In this document: positions 59,651-64,000 of the stretch, piece after piece
Position numbering within the stretch: the stretch's first letter is position 1
Layout: each line of letters opens with the position of its first letter
Origin: Octopus vulgaris
Lineage: Eukaryota
DNA length: 64,000 bases
Reading direction: 5' to 3'
NCBI GenBank assembly: GCA_951406725.2
Contig: OX597817.1
Coordinates: 82,026,001 to 82,090,000 of the forward strand
Notes under the pieces: generated by a model
What the model was told of the DNA's origin: nothing
Database searches by the model: none
The model's input: the letters and a program-made list of their open reading frames with translations, nothing else
Made by a program: the position numbers and the translations under genes

Positions 59651-59792
59651 GTGTGTGTGTGTGTGTGTGTGTGTATAGATGTATATATATATATGTGTGT
59701 GTGTGTGTATATATGTACATATATTCATACATATATATGATATAAATATATATATGAATACATATGATATGTTTATATGTACACACACACAC

Positions 59793-59861
<69 letters not shown>

Positions 59862-60243
59862 ATAGCTCAGTGAAGATAGCCATTGTCAATAAACAATGAC
59901 CTATGCTTCACCTACTGACACTTTCTACTTCCAGTCTTGGAAAATATGAATTATGGTAAATGTATTGAAGCACACGTCTGCTGAAAATAAGGTATGCGTA
60001 ATGACAAGTACACTCTATGATACTGAGACTTCTAGTTTCATACAAATCCTCTAGGGCAACTAAAACTTCTAGTATCGTAAGAATCTCATAATAAGATTTC
60101 TTAAATATTCATGAAGTTTTAAACAACTACATTTGTAATATAAAATCCACAATCATACATATAAGATTCTGCAAGTTTATTCCGGTTGTTACAGAATTGT
60201 TATTGCAAGAATGATATCAATATTTATTTAGATTCATACTTAC

Positions 60244-60267
60244 TAACGTTCTTCTCTTTTGGAGCAA
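60244..60267 (-). CDS. Microexon (24 nt), linker VAPKEKNV
   Basis: tttttacag acceptor and gtaagt donor; phase 1-1, keeps frame between the vWA exons. Confidence 0.75.
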
Positions 60268-60432
60268 CTGTAAAAATCGAAGAAAAAAAGACTGAAGTTA
60301 GATTTTTTCAGAAATGCACTCTTCATGTTATTAAAATACAGTTACCCAACTGTTTCACACCTCACCATTTCACATTTTCTTTTGAATTAATTCAATTTTA
60401 TTTAAAATAATTTATATAATAATAATAATATA

Positions 60433-60510
<78 letters not shown>

Positions 60511-60547
60511 CGGCAAGAAATGGAAGCAAATTTGAAAGAAAAAAAAA

Positions 60548-60578
<31 letters not shown>

Positions 60579-60829
60579 TATATGTATGTATGTATATATA
60601 TATATATATATATGTACATATATATGTAGGTGCAGGCGTGTGTGTGTAATAAGAATCATGCTTCCCAACCACGTGCTTCCGGGGTCAGTCCAACTACGTG
60701 GCCGTACCTTGGGCAGGTGTCTTTTACTATAGCCTCAGGCCGATTAATGCTATTTGGTGGACGGAAACTGGAAGAAGTCCGTCGTATATGTATATATATA
60801 CTTAAATAATGTTCATATATACATAAATA

Positions 60830-61425
60830 ATGAACTTCTGGAAAGTTTTACAGATTTTTGCAGTTCCATTGATGGCTTGGATATGTTGTCTTCGAATCAG
60901 CTTTCACCTTTCTGGTTTTGAGAAGTCTAATTTCTAAAGATTGGTATTTAGACAGTGTGTTATATATCCCAGTGTCCCAATAATTGCAGGTATAAACCTG
61001 AACTTGTAATTCGGATAGAGTAGCTGCAGACTGCTCAATAGTTCAGCGTCGGTATTTCGTTTTTCGGTGATCTTTAGCTTTATGTTAACATCCACTGGGC
61101 AGCTGATTTCCACAACTGTACACAGTTTGTCATCTTTATCCCCAATTATTATTCCAGGTCTATTGTGTTTACAGTTTATTAAGGTTTCACTGGGACATTC
61201 CACCAGTACTCCATTTTAATATGAGTGGCTATGGCTTCTACAATACTGTAGGATATTATTTCTTTGGCCTCAAGGTTATCCTTTCGACGGATCTCATTAT
61301 ACAGTGTCCAAGCTACAACATCATGTCTCATCGGTAGGTAATATCATGACATTTTCGCAGGATTGTTTATGATGTGGGTGAGATCTACGGTATTAACTTC
61401 ACAAAGTCTGTATTGGTTATCACAT
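60830..61425 (-). mobile_element. R4-like RLE 3' fragment
   Basis: CKHNRPGII...CTVVEISCPVDVNI..K..EK...IPAIIGTLG. Confidence 0.8.
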
Positions 61426-61957
61426 CTTGCTGTTTTCCCTGCATCTTTGTCTGTTTGTTTGCATGTATGTATGCATGCACGCATATATGTATGTATGCAT
61501 GTATGTATGTGTGAGTGCGTGAGAACACACGTACGTGTGTGGGTGCACGCATGCGTACGTCTATGTGTCTATGTGTACGTGTGTATGTAGAATATCTCCA
61601 TAAAAATCGAACACATTCGATGATCATTTCAGTCAAAATTTAGAGCAACATTTGAAGAGTCTGGATTAATTACAAAATACAAGAGAGTACGAGAATGCAT
61701 GAGGCCTATTTACTATGAATAAAGAGACTAGAATATTCAAACTAGAGTATTACGTGATATACATGAAAATATTCCGTAGTATTGTTAAAACTGAAACGTT
61801 TAGACAAGTTATAAAAAATTACTGAACCAATAAACAATATAGGAACTTTGCTCCATTGCATTGATTAAATCTTAACGAAAAATTCCTATAGGATAAACCG
61901 AACAGTTATAAACATCTGCTATGCAAAAAGTATAATGGCTAAAGGTTTTTGGCTTAC

Positions 61958-62383
61958 CGTTACATGATTGGCGTGACAACATAGACGCTATAGATTTGAG
62001 TGAGTCAAAGTTATCTGCTTTGAAGACAAACTGTTTTGTTGGCTTACTAGCAATGACGTTCAGTTGGTTATAGTCAACACTAGGTCCAATACCAATGGTG
62101 AATAGTTTTGTACCAGAATCCTTTACTTTTTTCGCTTCTTGGACCACATTCAGTCTACCATTGGGTCGACCATCAGTGATCATAATCGCTATGTGGCTTA
62201 CATTTGATCTCATTCCAGCCGCCTTAGACATGCTAGTTTCTCGAAGACGTTTTAGAGCTTCTCCCATATGTGTCATACCGTTTCTAGTTGGAATCTTGCC
62301 GACTGCCTTTAATAAGCTCTGTTGGTCTTTATGTTGATTCATTTTGAACTCAGTTCGACTTCCGCTGTCAAATGTGTCGACAC
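61958..62383 (-). CDS. Exon 1 in window: C-terminal part of a von Willebrand factor A (vWA) domain
   Basis: ttcttag acceptor and gtaagc donor, phase 1-1, 426 nt. GVDTFDSGSRTEFKMN...GMTHMGEAL...IAIMITDGRPN...LFTIGIGPSVD is a typical vWA sequence. Confidence 0.93.
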
Positions 62384-62591
62384 CTAAGAAAAGAACATGA
62401 AAATTTATAGATAATTATAGATAATTATATGCGCAAGTGTGGGTGTATGGCAAGAAGCTTGCTTCTCAAACACATGGTTCGAGATTCAGTCCCACTGTGT
62501 GACACCTTGGGCATGTGTCTTCTACTGTAGCCTCGGGGTGCCCAAAGTTTTGTGATTGGATTTGGTAATCGGAAACTGAAAGAAGCCCGTC

Positions 62592-62635
<44 letters not shown>

Positions 62636-63066
62636 TTATAGGTGTGTGTGCCTTTGTGTCTGTGTTTGTCCTGCATCATCGCTTGATAGCCGGTGTTGGT
62701 GTGTTTACATCTCCGTAACTTACCAGTTCGGCAAAAAACACCGCTAGAATAAGAAACAGGTTTTCAAAAAATAATACCACAAAAAATTCTTCAAAGAATT
62801 GACCGCAGTATAATGACCGAAAAAAGTAAAAAGTAAAAAGGTAACAAATTTCTGGATTACTGTCTTCGTCTTTAGAACGCATATCAACAGTCTTCATTAA
62901 CAATAGAGCTGGGCTCATCCTTAGATGTTTTGGTAGTGTGTGCATCCTATATATATAGTCCCTGATGAGATTTGAACTAGGAAAGTTTATTTCTAAGCAG
63001 CGCGAATGCTTTTTGTCACTTGAGTAATGAAACTAAGCCAAACACTCCCCCACACACACTCAAGGA

Positions 63067-63147
<81 letters not shown>

Positions 63148-64000
63148 ATTTATCTATCTATCTATCTATCTGTCTGTCTGTCTGTCTATCTATCTATTTA
63201 TCTATCTTAAACATCTTGAATTGTAATTAATTTTCAATGAGTTGACCACAATGACACACTATAAGTGAAAAGAAAGCTTCTCTATCTCTGTATTTGGCCT
63301 TCATCTTTTACTTCTTCTTTTTTCTTATCTTCCTAAAATTGACATCCTGAAAGGTCATTTAGCCATTACCTTCTACTTTCCTCCTCTCCTTCTTTCCTAA
63401 TTCAGAAACATATCAATATGTATATACTGAGAAAATGTGTATATTTACAACTATGTTGACACGTATATAATGAAAGAGAAAAACGATGCTTTCAAAAACA
63501 ATGACTGAAACAAGAATAACATCTTGAATTGTAATTAAATTTCAATAGACTGACCACATCAATATGATATTATTGAAAAGAGACCTTTCTCTCTCTGGCT
63601 ATCTTTGCCCCTCTTTGTTTTTCTTTCTCTTTCTCGATTATCCTGCTCTCTATCTTGCTTTTTTTCTCCCTTTCTTCAAGAAAAAAAAATTTTCCCCTTC
63701 TAAACGAGAAAAAAAGTAAAGCAAAATCCGCTCTTCGATTCATATAATAGATGAAGAAAACGTTCTGTTTTTATTATTTTGGTTTTAATTTTCTTGAAGT
63801 GTTATGTTAAACGAACAAAAGAGCAAATAAAGAATTATCCAAAATTCTGACTGCCTCTTTTTCCCTAATATACAATATCGTACATAGGCGTAGGAGTGGC
63901 TGTGTGGTAAGTAGCTTGGTTACGAGCCGCATGGTTCCAGGTTCAGTCCCATTGCGCGGCACCTTGGGCAAGTACCGAGGGGGACGGGAAAAGCCCTATG

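Noticed and set aside
62955-63000. CTGATGA...GAAA motif (similar weak cases near 38968, 32531 and 50345)
   Set aside because: No convincing stems I-III; compatible with chance or extreme decay.
63208-63640. Diverged about 120-bp direct repeat (63210 and 63518); also short tandem units near 24760-24860
   Set aside because: Only two units, no spacers or structure; ordinary local duplication, not CRISPR-like.

Overview
Eukaryotic, AT-rich, microsatellite-dense genomic DNA. The SINE heads and repeat landscape look like a coleoid cephalopod, probably Octopus (inference, not verified). The window lies inside one large minus-strand gene. I assembled 19 GT-AG exons by eye (62383 down to 2428; 2593 nt, about 864 codons; phases compatible, no stops). 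They encode part of a probably extracellular modular protein: vWA(partial)-vWA-ShKT-ShKT-VWC-VWC-ShKT-VWC-VWC-VWC(first half), with four 24-27 nt linker microexons. The start and stop codons lie outside the window. Most ORFs in the supplied track are microsatellite artefacts. The introns hold tRNA-derived SINEs, R4/Dong-like and RTE-like LINE fragments, mariner/Tc1/hAT relics, a non-autonomous Helitron and a complete 456-bp TRIM-like mini-LTR element. The most notable signal is a cluster (about 40-48.7 kb) of short non-coding elements, unrelated in primary sequence and mostly next to (TA)n tracts. They carry type-I hammerhead ribozyme motifs with palindromic stem III, and three of them carry long inverted repeats. 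This matches Penelope-like pseudo-LTR or retrozyme-type elements.
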